A stretch of DNA of 63,998 nucleotides, filler included, from Octopus bimaculoides (taxonomy: Eukaryota), in NCBI RefSeq assembly GCF_001194135.2. It is 10 parts of 8 records of this genome, joined end to end, with 100 filler letters (N's around TTAATTAATTAA, not from the genome) between each part and the next. Parts side by side here need not be neighbours in the genome. Positions count along the whole stretch, not along the records: positions 1 to 29,313 come from NC_068986.1; 9 more parts are not named here. One strand, given 5' to 3'. A program made the position numbers and the translations under genes. Below are positions 11,908 to 24,493 of this stretch, piece after piece. Each line of letters begins with the position of its first letter. Position 1 is the stretch's first letter. Below the pieces are notes generated by a model, which saw only the letters and a list, made by a program, of their open reading frames with translations, did not search any database and was not told where the DNA came from.

Positions 11908-12008
11908 GTCATTATTCAGTTTTATTTCAGCATTTCTTGTCAATAAAGAAAGAGTCGGTTTCTAACCTAGATCCAAGGCTCCTTTATTGGAATTTCAACA
12001 TCAGCAAC
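11908..12008 (+). repeat. (TATG)n-embedded 100-bp element, copy 2
   Basis: Direct similarity to 8337-8436, 19531-19631 and 62428-62527; flanked by (TATG)n on both sides. Confidence 0.85.
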
Positions 12009-12096
12009 ATGTTGTTTTCGTATGTATGTATGTATGTATGTATGTATGTATGTATGTATGTACGCATGTATGTATGTATGTATGTATGTATGTATG

Positions 12097-12128
<32 letters not shown>

Positions 12129-12954
12129 CCTGTGAATATACGATGAGCTTTTATCGGTTCCCTTGCCGAACCGCTAAGTTACGGGGACGTAAACATACCA
12201 GCATCGGTTGTCAAGCGATGGTGGGGGTACAAACACAGAAACACAATATATATATGTGTGTAGGCCTCTGAGCAGGTATCACCATGACAACTTTCTTTGT
12301 CATGGTCAATGTGACGATCACACGCTACACACCTTCCTACCAAGCACCATTGTTTACAGTAGTGGAAGTGAGCTAGAACGTTAAAACTTTGTGCACCTGC
12401 AGGGCAGAGCTCAATGTCAATTTTTGCCCAGCGGCTTTACTCTTTGCTTTAGCTTTGCTACTATGGCAACAGTCCGGATACTTATTGATCAGACCTCCTA
12501 TGTATGTTAATATTTTATATGCATTTCTGTTTATCAATGCCCGTCTCCATTGACATATAAATAATTTATAGCACAAAGCGGTATCGTTTACAGTCGTAGG
12601 AAGGGTATAATTAACTAGTAATTCTGTGGTTTGCAGTGTCGGGTTTTACTAGTTTACCATTTATGGACTTCTGATCTCCCTAGAATCAAGACTATATTCT
12701 CATTCAATTAACGATACGCAATCCCCAGATGATAATGACCGGCGCGCAGTAGACTGTGTAACATCTAGCTGTGAATGTCTGCAGAAGGAGATGATGATAA
12801 TGGTGGTGGTGGTGGTGGGGATGATTTTAATCATGATGGTGATAATGGTTTCTCAGTTTAGGACAAGCCCATGTAAAAAGCAATTATTTATCTGTATGTC
12901 GCTTATTCCTCTCATTCTATGTCGCTTTGTGTGTTTGTGTGTGTGTGTGTGTGA

Positions 12955-13013
<59 letters not shown>

Positions 13014-13196
13014 TTGATATAAACAACTAGGCGCAATGTGATACCATAAGGAAAAAATTTCATTGTCACTAAGTGTCACTAAAGGTGCCGAAGCACCTAC
13101 ATTGCAAGAAATAGTTAAAATATTCTTAATGCTGTCAGAAGAGCACAAATACATACATGGCAGACGGAATCAGTCGACCATCAGCCGTCCGACTAG

Positions 13197-13241
13197 TCAC
13201 CACTGACGTTGCCTACGGCGAAAGTAGGCCTGGTTTGGTGA
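13197..13241 (+). ncRNA. Degenerate minimal hammerhead-like motif
   Basis: UCACCA-CUGACGU-U-GCC-UAC-GGC-GAAA-GUAGGCCUG-GUU^UGGUGA. Perfect 6-bp stem I and 3-bp stem II; A9 and position 15.2 are substituted. Confidence 0.45.
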
Positions 13242-13430
13242 TCCTTGATACGGTCTCGGGGTGGTTACCTCCCCTATCAGTGTATGTCATTGTATATGTA
13301 TGTATGTGTGTATGTATATATATGTATGTGTGTCAGCATCTGACACTATTTCTTCGTGCGTAGATCCATGGTCTTTCGAGACCGACCAATGCCTACTTGC
13401 CTACTACTACATACGTATACACATATATGC

Positions 13431-13548
<118 letters not shown>

Positions 13549-14544
13549 ATTTATGTATGCATGGATGAGCGGATGTGTATGGTCGAATTCACAACTATTA
13601 GAGTATCTGAGAGAATGCCTTGCAGTATGTTTCTAACTCAATGTGTTCTGAGTTCAAATTCCGTCTCGATCTACTTTGTTTTTTTATTCTTTTGGGTTAA
13701 ATAGAGTAACAATACCGCAGTATGAAGACTGACAGTTAAAACACTGAACTATACAGAAACCAATACGTGTGTGACTATATCTGCGTGTTTGTGTGTGCGC
13801 GAGCGCGTGTGTATGGTGCGTGTGTATGCACAAATATACATATACGTATATTATATATGTTTCATATACAAGCTAAATACGAAATAACTTGACACACTTT
13901 CTCTGAACATAAAAAGCAGAATATGTATCCAAGTGTTTATGTACGTGTATGTACCAGTATCATATATGTCTATTTCTGTATGTCTGCGAATAACTGTAGT
14001 GGTGAACTAGGACCTAAATCACCCCACTACTTAAGGTTTCGTAAAGCTGGCTACATACAGACTTGACTGCAATCTTAATTAACAAATACTTACTGAAGTG
14101 TTCTGTGACATGCGTATAATGGAAGTTATTATGAAACATAAGATTTAGGTTTGAAGAACGAATTCCCGCCACCACAAAACGCATCCACACATACAGAAAT
14201 ACTTTCACTTCACTCAGTGGGGGTCGCTATACTGGGTCCTTCGAGTCACTAGAAATGACAGCCAAGTCTCCTAGCCTACTTTATATCATAGTTCCCTTAT
14301 AAACTGGAAGTGATTTGAATCTTCTTGTCCTCTCAGTTAAAACAATTATTATCCACTCTGTGAAGATTATAATGCAAAATGCCTGCTGGATGTACATACT
14401 TTGAATTGGCGAAGTGCTCCTGTTATAATTGACTGAAGTATAACTAACCTTCCTTCGGTTATTCGAACCCTTTGCTAACCAGGTTCCTGCATGGAGTCCT
14501 GGCGAGCTCAACGCCTGAATTATACTTATCCCGTCAGCTATTAT

Positions 14545-14639
<95 letters not shown>

Positions 14640-14716
14640 GGCAGGCAGATGTACTTACACACGCGCACACACACACTCATATATATATATATATATATAT
14701 ATAATAGATGGATATA

Positions 14717-14932
14717 CGAGAGTGTGCTGAAAAGTTCCTGGATTTGGGTAAAAGAAAATACAAGATCAGCTAATTATGATTTTATTCAACATATCCCCTC
14801 TCAGATTCATGCACTGAGATTCATAGCGGTCCTTCAGTTTTTCAAAGCCCTGTGAAAGAACTCCGAAATTTGAGCTTCCAACCAGGTCTTTCGCGATACC
14901 CTTAAAGCCAAGAGTTTTTCAGCGCCCCCTCG
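14717..14932. mobile_element. Mariner-derived MITE
   Basis: ta-cgagagtgtgctgaaaagttcctggatt versus reverse complement ta-cgagggggcgctgaaaaactcttggctt; TA on both sides; no coding capacity. Confidence 0.85.
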
Positions 14933-15149
14933 TAAATATACGAATATGTATACATACAAGTATAATTTAAAAGTACTCAATATACAATATAATGTAATGA
15001 TAATGATTTCATCAATGGGCCAGAAAAATTAGTACAGGGGGCGGGTGATATCAGTTGATTATATCGACTAAGCCTTTGACTCCCAGAAGGATAAAAGATG
15101 AAGTGGATCTCTGCAAGATTTGAACATAAAGGACCGAAACTACATACTA

Positions 15150-15360
15150 CAGGTAAGGAGTAAAGACCCCATTCGGCCATGAATGGTCAGGGGGTTGCAC
15201 CTAGAAAGTTATGAGGCACAAGTCCGAGCAAGGTTGTTTATGGAAGACCAGTTGTCGCTTGTGCATACCAGTCTCCTCTCTCTACGCCACCGATGTTATA
15301 CAAAGGAAAAGTAAGGGCCGAAACAGCTTGGCACCAAGGACATCGCAACTCATTGTATAA
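15150..15360 (+). mobile_element. RTE-clade LINE 5'UTR-like or RTE-associated SINE fragment
   Basis: gtaaagaccc...ttgcacctagaaagtt...caaggttgtttatggaagacc...cgccaccgatgttat...ggccga-acagcttggcacca resembles RTE 5' regions as I recall them; not database-verified. Confidence 0.4.
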
Positions 15361-15789
15361 TGCGCTATACAACTGGAATTTTGGCACAACTCATATCGGG
15401 AAGCGGTAGCGCGAAACCGGGGTGTAAAATCATTTGCATTTTAAGTAGTTGTTTTATACATATGTGTATGTGTGTGTGTTTAAAACGAATGACGTGTCTT
15501 TGACGTTTTGGAAGCTATTCCTTCTTCTGAAAGAAAGGACATGGAGAGGCGCTAGGCGTAAGATTTGGAATAAAGCAACGAGAAAAAAATTCAAAATAAT
15601 TAAGGAGGTGCATATGTCAGAATGAGTGTGTGTACCTCGAAGAAGTCATGTCACGAGATGCGTTAGCGAGTGATTTTTGAAAGGTGTATGTATGTATGGT
15701 TGTGTGCGCATGCAAATTAGGAGGCGTTCCTGCGAGTGTGAGGGTGAATGGACGTGTGTCGTTTAGTAGGTAGTGTAAATGCGTGTGTG

Positions 15790-15854
<65 letters not shown>

Positions 15855-15899
15855 GAGTGAGTGAGTGAGAGGCAAGTCTGTTTCTACATGTAAATACAT

Positions 15900-16600
15900 G
15901 TATTGGGGATGTGGTGTGAGGTAGTGTTTATGGTTGGTTCAGAGAGTATTTCACTTTGCTTAGCAGTTACCTTGACTCTTTCTATCATTACTGTATTTTC
16001 ATCAGACTTGGGCTGGTCTGTAATTATTTCCTCAATAGTATCTTCTTTGGCTGCAACTACGTTGCTTTTATCCTTGATCGTTTAATTTGATCAATCTATA
16101 ATTCAGTGAGTAATTTCTTTTTTATAATGTTTCTTCTGACGTTGGAAAGTATGTTACTATCTATATAGGGTCGTACTTCAAGGTGCTTCTCTCTCCAGTT
16201 TAGATAGGTTTGTTCAGTATTAGATTTATCTGGGGGAAAATAGATGGCACGATAGAAGAACTAATTCATTATCTCCCCTTGACCATTTTTCATTCTTTTT
16301 CCTTTTGATTATTTGATGACGAGCCCGGGTGGCCATCTGTTGGAATATTCCGGTTGCGGGGTACTTCGAGCTCCTGTGATTCGGGAAGATTTGAACCAGT
16401 AGCTGAGTTTTCGCACCCAGTCTGATTCCTCACTGTGGTGCGCGGCTCTTGTTGACCCGGGTAACGGCCGATTCGGTGTTTATTTTGCTTTATCATTGAG
16501 GCATGACGAGCTTGAACGTTGGCGTTAAGGGACGGATCTGTCTGTTTAACGTTAACTTTTCGAGACAACAATACCTCTGAGTTCTCTGAATGAAAACACT
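15900..16600 (-). mobile_element. Degenerate R4/Dong-clade non-LTR retrotransposon, ORF N-terminal region
   Basis: Minus-strand peptides KWSRGDNELVLLSC and TYLNWREKHLEVRPYIDSNILSNVRRNII resemble the R4/Dong N-terminus (KWTREDN; YxIWRERNPxxRPYLDxNKLANxRRxI); frameshifted. Confidence 0.65.
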
Positions 16601-17226
16601 GCTCGTAACGTAGCTTCTTAAGGCTAACAGATCTGTATTCATCTGTATCTTTTTATGGACAGATTTAACTCCGGGCATAGTTTCTTTGTGGTGTTTTAAG
16701 CTTATGAATTGTTCAGTCTGTCTGCGTTAGTCCGAAGAAAATTGTTTTGCTATTGTTTTGCTTAGTTTGTGACACCTGCTTTCATATGCGTGTATGTGTG
16801 TCCTGTGAACTTCACACAGTTGTGTAAACATTAGGGTGTATGTGTAGTACTATGGGTATTAAAATGTATTTATGATTGTATAAACATTCGAGTGTATGCG
16901 TAATTAATCAATTTACGCACTTACTGTTTTGTTCCACTTATTGTTTATAATTTGTAAACTTGCCGATGTTGATTTCGAATGTGTCTTTCGCGCATGTTTC
17001 ACTGAGACATCGTGCTTGGGAGAAATTGTGCTTTGTATGTCAGTAAAATTTCGGTTTTTGCCATCATTTTTGTTAAAAGGCCGCTTCCTTCAAGTCTTCA
17101 ACAGGTTCCTTTTCCTCATTCCATCGCTGTTATTAGATTAGATTTGTTCTGTATGGAGAGTCCGGTGTAGCACGTCCATGTTGTTATTCAGTGCGGGCCT
17201 GAATCCTTATACAGCGCGGAGCTGAA

Positions 17227-17271
<45 letters not shown>

Positions 17272-17586
17272 CATTNNNNNNNNNNTATATATATATATAT
17301 ATACATATATATATACATATATACACATACACACACACACGTACATGAATGCATTCGTTAACGTTTACATATATATGTGTGTGTGTGTGTGTGGGTGTGT
17401 GTGTGTGTGTGTAAGTACACATGCATACACATAGATGCCGCTGACTATTTTAATGAAGCAATCTATAATTTTATAGCCGGCTTCGTGTTGATTAGAAATG
17501 CCGTTAATTAAAACAAAGTGAACAGAAAGTATAATAAACGATGTATTCATTAATGCACCAAAGCTCTGTGGTGCCATTATGTAGAA

Positions 17587-17670
17587 ACATGAGTGTTTCT
17601 ACATGAGTGTTTCTACATGAGTGTTTCTACATGAGTGTTTCTACATGAGTGTTTCTACATGAGTGTTTCT
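17587..17670. repeat. 14-bp minisatellite (ACATGAGTGTTTCT) x6
   Basis: Six perfect units read directly from the sequence. Confidence 0.95.
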
Positions 17671-17972
17671 ACGTGAATGTGCATGTAAGCGTACATGAGT
17701 ATATATATAGGAATGCGTATTCACCTCTGTGTGTGTGGTGGGGTGTAAGTTTGGAGGTGGTTGAAGACTTATGGTTTGGCTTCCTTATTAGTCTAAGTAA
17801 GATCGAAAGTTAATTTATGGAACTGCTGATCGTTAAACAGTAAGTTCTTTGATCTCTATAACTTTTGTGTATATCAGTCTATGTGAGTATATGTGCCTAC
17901 CTTTATTTTGTGTATGCTTGAGTTCGTTTACGTGTATAATTAAATAGTAGTATCTTCAACTGGATACATGTC

Positions 17973-18039
<67 letters not shown>

Positions 18040-18157
18040 GTAGGTAGATAGGCAGGTAGGTAGGTAGATAGGTAGGTAGATGANNNNNNNNNNTTGATAG
18101 ATAGACATGTATGCATGTATGTATGTATGTATGTATGTGTGAATGAAGGTATATAAG

Positions 18158-18189
<32 letters not shown>

Positions 18190-18514
18190 ATATTTCTGTA
18201 TAGTCCATTTGAATGAGACGAGTAACAATTGTTAAGATTTCGTCCGCATGAAGACACTGGTTGCTTTGTTAATTTATAAATAAAGATTACTTATCCACCA
18301 ATAGCGTGTTGACCATTCATTCTCACAGTTCGATATAAGCATGTGTATACACACACACACACACACGGACACATACGTCCACACACACTCATATATGCAT
18401 ACACACAGACATAAATATATATATATACATATACATTTCAAAAAGTAACTACATGTCGATTGTTGGCGATTTTTTCCTCCGTCTTCCTTTTTTCTTGGAC
18501 TTTCTTTTGTCTCC

Positions 18515-18551
18515 TGTTTCTGAAGAAGAGCTTTGCTCGAAACGTAAAGCA
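18515..18551 (+). ncRNA. Minimal type I hammerhead ribozyme (Penelope-type, probably dimer-dependent)
   Basis: UGUUU-CUGAAGA-A-GAGC-UUU-GCUC-GAAAC-GUA^AAGCA. Intact core with one extra A after A9, 4-bp stem II, 5-bp stem I with one G-U, palindromic ACGU helix III. Confidence 0.75.
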
Positions 18552-19477
18552 ACCTTTCTTTCCTTCTCTGAGCGTCTGTTATTACTTTGCATGTACCATG
18601 TCCTCACGCTGTTGTTTTTTCTTGTGTTTTTTCTTCGTTTTTTTAGGGTTATATATATATATATNNNNNNNNNNNNNNNNNNNNNNNNNNNNNNNNNNNN
18701 NNNNNNNNNNNNNNNNNNNNNNNNNNNNNNNNNNNNNNNNNNNNNNNNNNNNNNNNNNNNNNNNNNNNNNNNNNNNNNNNNNNNNNNNNNNNNNNNNNNN
18801 NNNNNNNNNNNNNNNNNNNNNNNNNNNNNNNNNNNNNNNNNNNNNNNNNNNNNNNNNNNNNNNNNNNNNNNNNNNNNNNNNNNNNNNNNNNNNNNNNNNN
18901 NNNNNNNNNNNNNNNNNNNNNNNNNNNNNNNNNNNNNNNNNNNNNNNNNNNNNNNNNNNNNNNNNNNNNNNNNNNNNNNNNNNNNNNNNNNNNNNNNNNN
19001 NNNNNNNNNNNNNNNNNNNNNNNNNNNNNNNNNNNNNNNNNNNNNNNNNNNNNNNNNNNNNNNNNNNNNNNNNNNNNNNNNNNNNNNNNNNNNNNNNNNN
19101 NNNNNNNNNNNNNNNNNNNNNNNNNNNNNNNNNNNNNNNNNNNNNNNNNNNNNNNNNNNNNNNNNNNNNNNNNNNNNNNNNNNNNNNNNNNNNNNNNNNN
19201 NNNNNNNNNNNNNNNNNNNNNNNNNNNNNNNNNNNNNNNNNNNNNNNNNNNNNNNNNNNNNNNNNNNNNNNNNNNNNNNNNNNNNNNNNNNNNNNNNNNN
19301 NNNNNNNNNNNNNNNNNNNNNNNNNNNNNNNNNNNNNNNNNNNNNNNNNNNNNNNNNNNNNNNNNNNNNNNNNNNNNNNNNNNNNNNNNNNNNNNNNNNN
19401 NNNNNNNNNNNNNNNNNNNNNNNNNNNNNNNNNNNNNNNNNNNNNNNNNNNNNNNNNNNNNNNNNNNNNNNNNNNNN

Positions 19478-19520
<43 letters not shown>

Positions 19521-19530
19521 GTATATGTAT

Positions 19531-19631
19531 GTCATTATTCAGTTTTATTTCAAGATTGCTTGCCAATAAAGAAAGAGTTGGTTTCTAACCTAGATCCAAG
19601 ACTCCTTCATTGGAATTTCAACATCAGCAAC
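19531..19631 (+). repeat. (TATG)n-embedded 100-bp element, copy 3
   Basis: Direct similarity to the other three copies. Confidence 0.85.
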
Positions 19632-20278
19632 AGGCTATTTTTGTTTGTTTTTATGTATGTATGTACGTATGTATGACCAAACGGTTAATAACCTCGCTTC
19701 GCAATCATGAATCCCGAGTTCGCTCGAAGTGCATGGTATCTTGGGTAAATATCATTTTGTACAGCCGACAGTCAACTCTTGTCTTGTGGATGAAATTAGA
19801 CAGAAGGAAACTGCATAAATGTCCGACCGGAAGATTTTGCTAATAATTCCAAAAGGTACACACAGCTTTATCACACGCTATAACACGCTAATTCTGTCTG
19901 AGAATTATGTTAAGGACACGCATGTCTGTGAAATGTTAACCCATTTACACGTCAATTTGATCGAATAACTAACTGGGTCCTCGTAGCTGAACTACGGATA
20001 TCCACCACCACCAGCTCTAACAATACATCCATCCAGCAAATTAAATATTCAGCTATTTTGTTTTGCGTTTTTTACGTTTTATTTTTCTTCTCTTTGATTC
20101 TTGTGTTTTGCTTCTTTTTTTTTTTGTATTTGCTTATCCATTCAAACTGTTACCACCAACCTTCAGCATGACTTCACATTCGGCAATATAGTTTTTGTTT
20201 AACAAAAATTGTTCCGAACAAAAACAAAGAAAAGAAACGAAACAAGTATCTTCTTTCATCGATGTCCACATTTTTCAG

Positions 20279-20358
20279 CGTCAAAGTATCTTGACAAGAA
20301 AAGGGTCAGACAGCAAGACAGCTTGTGCATAGTCTGTAATGACAGATTCTTCCCTACG
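20279..20358 (+). CDS. Candidate isolated exon (SKYLDKKRVRQQDSLCIVCNDRFFPT)
   Basis: Acceptor catttttcag, donor ACG|gttagc, 80 nt with only one open frame, CxxC motif. No family assigned. Confidence 0.25.
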
Positions 20359-20669
20359 GTTAGCAATTTCTGTGCCCTTATTTTATCTTTTTCTATTGAA
20401 TTTGTCTTTAACGGTGTCAACCAGTTCCATTCATATCTAGTTGATATAAGTTAATTTTCTGATAAGGATAGCATTAAAAAAAAATGACGGTTGCACTAAC
20501 TACCTGGTAGGTAACTAAGAGCATTATAGCTTGTATGTGTGTCCGTGTATGAATGTAAGTAGACATAACTGTACATATATGTATGTGTGCGTGTGTGTAA
20601 ACATTATATGCACGCGTATATTTACATCTATATATACATATAATTATATGCATTATGCGTATATATACT

Positions 20670-20955
20670 CTTTAATCTTTAATCTTTTATTTGTTTCAGT
20701 CATTTGACTGTGGCCATGCTGGGGCACCGCTTGTAGTCGAGCAAATCGATCCCAGGACTTATTCTAGTAAGCCTAGTACTTATTCTATCGGTCACTTTTG
20801 CCGAACCGCTAAGTTACGGGGACGTAAACACACCAGCATCGATTGTCAAGCGATGTTGTGGGGACAAACACAGACAAACAAACACACACAAATATATATA
20901 CATATATACGACGGGCTTCTTTCAGTTCCGTCTACCAAATCCACTCGCAAAGCCA
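20670..20955 (-). mobile_element. SINE family A (5'-truncated)
   Basis: Both modules present in reverse orientation, separated by a CA/TA tract. Confidence 0.85.
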
Positions 20956-21512
20956 TTTGATAATATTGTCACATTTGATTCCCAGTTCTAATAATTTTTA
21001 TATTTTACGTCTAATTATTTCTTTATATAATAGTGCTCACTTGCTTAGTAAATATTGCTTTCATTAATTTATCACGGTCATAATCTCTCTTTTTAAACAA
21101 ACATTAAGGTAGTCCAACTACGTTAAGTGTGCAAAAATGTAGCAGCGATCACAGAGATATTTTAATACCTATAGCCTAACAACTATCCATAGCAACAAAT
21201 TCAATTGATGATTCTTATATAACAATGGAAAGGAAATAAATCACATGAGTTCGAAGCTTCAGTAAGTTTTAATAATTTGTCCAAGCGAATTTAAGTCAAC
21301 AAAATACCTGGTTTCCTCATCTGAAATAACGAAATAAAAATTGAAATGAAAAAATTGCAATGAATATATATCAAGCAAATTATTATTAATGAAATCAATT
21401 GGAGGCGGGAGAGTGATAGTGAGAGTGTTGCAAATGAAAACGAAAAATTTCGCCATAATATATTAATATTGTTTATAGAATCTTAAAACCTACTCTGCAG
21501 TAAACGTAAAGC

Positions 21513-21582
21513 TTGGTAACGAATATTTAAACATTTTGGCAACGAATATTTAAACATCTTAGCAACGAATATTTAAACATCT
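21513..21582. repeat. 23-bp tandem repeat x3 (..aacgaatatttaaacat..)
   Basis: Three near-identical units read directly. Confidence 0.9.
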
Positions 21583-21654
21583 CCTCTTGATTTTAGAACT
21601 AGCGGTTTTGCGACTGTATGTCGCTTGAAATTACATATATTGCGAGCAAAAACG

Positions 21655-21893
21655 AGCTACCACCATCTCTAGACGATGAGGTGCCCAGTACTGAAAAGAA
21701 GCAGAAATAGCCCGAAACCAGGCTGGTCTGTTGGTCCCGTCACTAGAAGGGGATAAGGGTTCGCTCCCTTGTTCGCAATATCTCATATGCAGCTGTGTGT
21801 CGTCATCCAGCTAGAGGAGATGTCTTCTTTGGGTTAAAAACTTGCAGTAAAGTCCGTTCGAACGGACAGCCATGTTCAAGTGGCTACGAACAT
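21655..21893 (+). mobile_element. Hammerhead-bearing repeat family E (retrozyme/Penelope-LTR-like), monomer
   Basis: Homologous to 63388-63625, 63740-63967 and 10592-10745. Motif CCAGUA-CUGAAAA-...-GCCC-GAAAC-CAGGCUG-GUC^UGUUGG at 21685-21734. Confidence 0.65.
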
Positions 21894-21900
21894 TACTTTT

Positions 21901-21941
<41 letters not shown>

Positions 21942-22926
21942 NNNNNNNNNNNNNNNNNNNNNNNNNNNNNNNNNNNNNNNNNNNNNNNNNNNNNNNNNNN
22001 NNNNNNNNNNNNNNNNNNNNNNNNNNNNNNNNNNNNNNNNNNNNNNNNNNNNNNNNNNNNNNNNNNNNNNNNNNNNNNNNNNNNNNNNNNNNNNNNNNNN
22101 NNNNNNNNNNNNNNNNNNNNNNNNNNNNNNNNNNNNNNNNNNNNNNNNNTCTATATACATAAATATTTATAAACATATGTATGTATTTTTACATACATAT
22201 ATACATACATACACGCTCATATATATATAATACTTCTATATACATAAATATTTATAAACATATGTATGTATTTTTACATACATATATACATACATACATA
22301 TATTTTATATGCATATATGTATGTATGTGTATACATTTGCATCTCTTTACAAATATATACACGCTGAGTTGATGTGTGTTTGTGTATTCACGTCTCTATA
22401 TATTGATTTCTCATTTTTTTACCAGAATTAAGCTCCTTTTTCAATGAGTTATATAACCTCAATGCTTTAAAATGATAATAAGCGAAATGTTTCATTTATG
22501 TTGAATTTATCGCTATAATAATAAACTATTTTCCGAATGAATAGTATTGAATACATTTCGAGAATACAGTTGCCATTAACGTTTTGTTACATTCTATCAA
22601 TCCTGAATAGAAATTTGAGGTGAGTCACGAGAGCACTTGAATGACTGTTCTGTATCAAACACGACGTTGATATCTTGTTGATCTACATTTTGTATTTGAA
22701 AATATTTGTGACGTAAAAGAAGTCACATGAACATTGCACAGTAAATTAATAAGCAGAATGAAAGAATAATATCTTCCCAACAAATGAATAAATATAGTCT
22801 GGTGTCTAACACTTATAAATGAAATTAGAGACTGTTAGTATGGCTGTAATGTGGACAACTTCCTTGTCTAAATATATTATTGGTGACTCTCCACAGGTGT
22901 CATTTGTCATATATATCATAATCATC

Positions 22927-23313
22927 GTGGAGGCGCAATAGCCCAGTGGTTAGGGCAACGGACTCGTGGTCATAGGATCGCGGTTTCGATTCCCAGACCG
23001 GGCATTGTGAGTGTTTATTGAGCGAAAACACCTAAAAGCTCCACGAGGCTCCGGCAGGGGATGGTGGCGAGCTCTGCTATTCTCTTTCATCACAACTTTC
23101 TCTCACTCTTACTTCCTGTTTCTGTTGTGCCTGTAATTCAAAGGGCCAGCCTTGTCACACTGTGTCACGCTGAATATCTCCGAGAACTACGTTAAGGGTA
23201 CACGTGTCGGTGGAGTGCTCAGCCACTTGCACGTTAATTTCACGAGCAGGCTGTTCCGTTGATCGGATCAACTGGAATCCTCGACGTCGTAAGCGACGGA
23301 GTGCTAACAACAA
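22927..23313 (+). mobile_element. Full-length tRNA-derived SINE family B with 10-bp TSD
   Basis: tRNA-like head (A box, B box gtttcgattcc), tail ending acggagtgctaacaacaa, flanked by cataatcatc direct repeats (22917-22926, 23314-23323). Second copy at 38629-39009. Confidence 0.92.
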
Positions 23314-23352
23314 CATAATCATCATCATCATCATCATCATCACCATTAGTAA

Positions 23353-23530
23353 AGCGGCGAGCTGGCAGAATCGTTAGCACGCTGGACGAACTGCTTAACG
23401 GTATTTCGTCCGTCGCTACGTTCTGAGTTCAAATTCATTCGAGGTGGACTTCGCCTTTCATCCTTTTGGGGTCGATGTAATCAGCTAGTACTCTCGCCCC
23501 AATTCTCAGGCCTTGTACCTTTAGTAGAAA
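23353..23530 (+). mobile_element. SINE family C
   Basis: ggcgagctggcagaatcgttagcac...ttctgagttcaaatt...gcctttcatccttttggggtcgat...ggccttgtacctttagtagaaaggattatt. Confidence 0.88.
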
Positions 23531-23869
23531 GGATTATTATTATTATTATTGGTGATCTGACTCAGGTTCGTTCTTATTCCTGGTAGAATTTATGTGGGTA
23601 GCGGTAACCTTAGGTATCCACAAGCTTTTAAAAGTCTTTCAAGTACTTAAAATCTTCCTGATAATCTTTCCTGTCCCTAAGAGGTAAACTTCCTGTAGAA
23701 TGCTCAACGAATGTTTCAATTCATAATACAAAGAACAGTTAATCTTTACTCGACCGCAAGTAAGACATGGTAACATCTATCATGTTTTTGCTAATCGTTT
23801 CGGGTGCTTATGTAGTTGCGAACAGACACAAATATACTTTCGGCCCCTTCAACCATGACCCAGAATATA

Positions 23870-24058
23870 TCGAAGATGTGTGAGCAGGAGGGATAGAGAA
23901 CTGCACTAGCACGATGGTTGGTACCCATGATAGGCTAAGTAGACTGGAGTAATGTGAAATGAAGTGCCATGTCCAAGAAAACAATGCGCTGCTCGGTCCA
24001 GGAATTGAACCCATGCTCTTATGATCCTGAGTTGAACAATCAACCGCTGGGCCACGTT
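23870..24058 (-). mobile_element. Diverged tRNA-derived SINE
   Basis: Reverse complement cgtggcccagcggtt...gggttcaattcctggacc...ttcttggacatggcacttcatttcac. Confidence 0.7.
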
Positions 24059-24407
24059 CATAATCTCCGATATTAATTCTGCATTTCAACACTCTCCGAG
24101 TTCCATAAGCATAAACATTAAATAAAATAAATATCAAGTGGGGCGGGTGATTATTGTGTAATGAACAAGTCGATTCGCAACTCCGCCGCTTCGGATTCGA
24201 TCTCTCAGTGTGGCACCTTAAGAAAGTATCTTCTACCATTGCCCCGGTTCGACCAAAGATTTGTGAATGGATTTTATAAACGGAAACCGTGCGGAACCCA
24301 TCTGAAGAACCAAATTTACTTTGGACACCTCAGTGCTTTTGCAGTGTCCAGTTGGGCCGGGATTCTTGTCTGAAAATAACTTCTTTTACACACTTACCGC
24401 CTTACTT

Positions 24408-24465
<58 letters not shown>

Positions 24466-24493
24466 TTCCTTCCTTCTTGCCTCCATCAATCAG

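Noticed and set aside
12281-12306. Perfect 10-bp hairpin accatgacaa/ttgtcatggt
   Set aside because: Short, isolated and expected by chance in 64 kb; no associated element found.
12661-12781. Minus-strand segment with good AG and GT sites
   Set aside because: Stops in all three frames.
17587-17670. Possible CRISPR-like or telomeric array
   Set aside because: No spacers, 14-bp head-to-tail units, eukaryotic context.
22927-23010. tRNA-like sequences at SINE heads (also 3662, 38629, 51000, 58330-58403)
   Set aside because: No complete acceptor stem, and each continues into a SINE body, so they are not tRNA genes.
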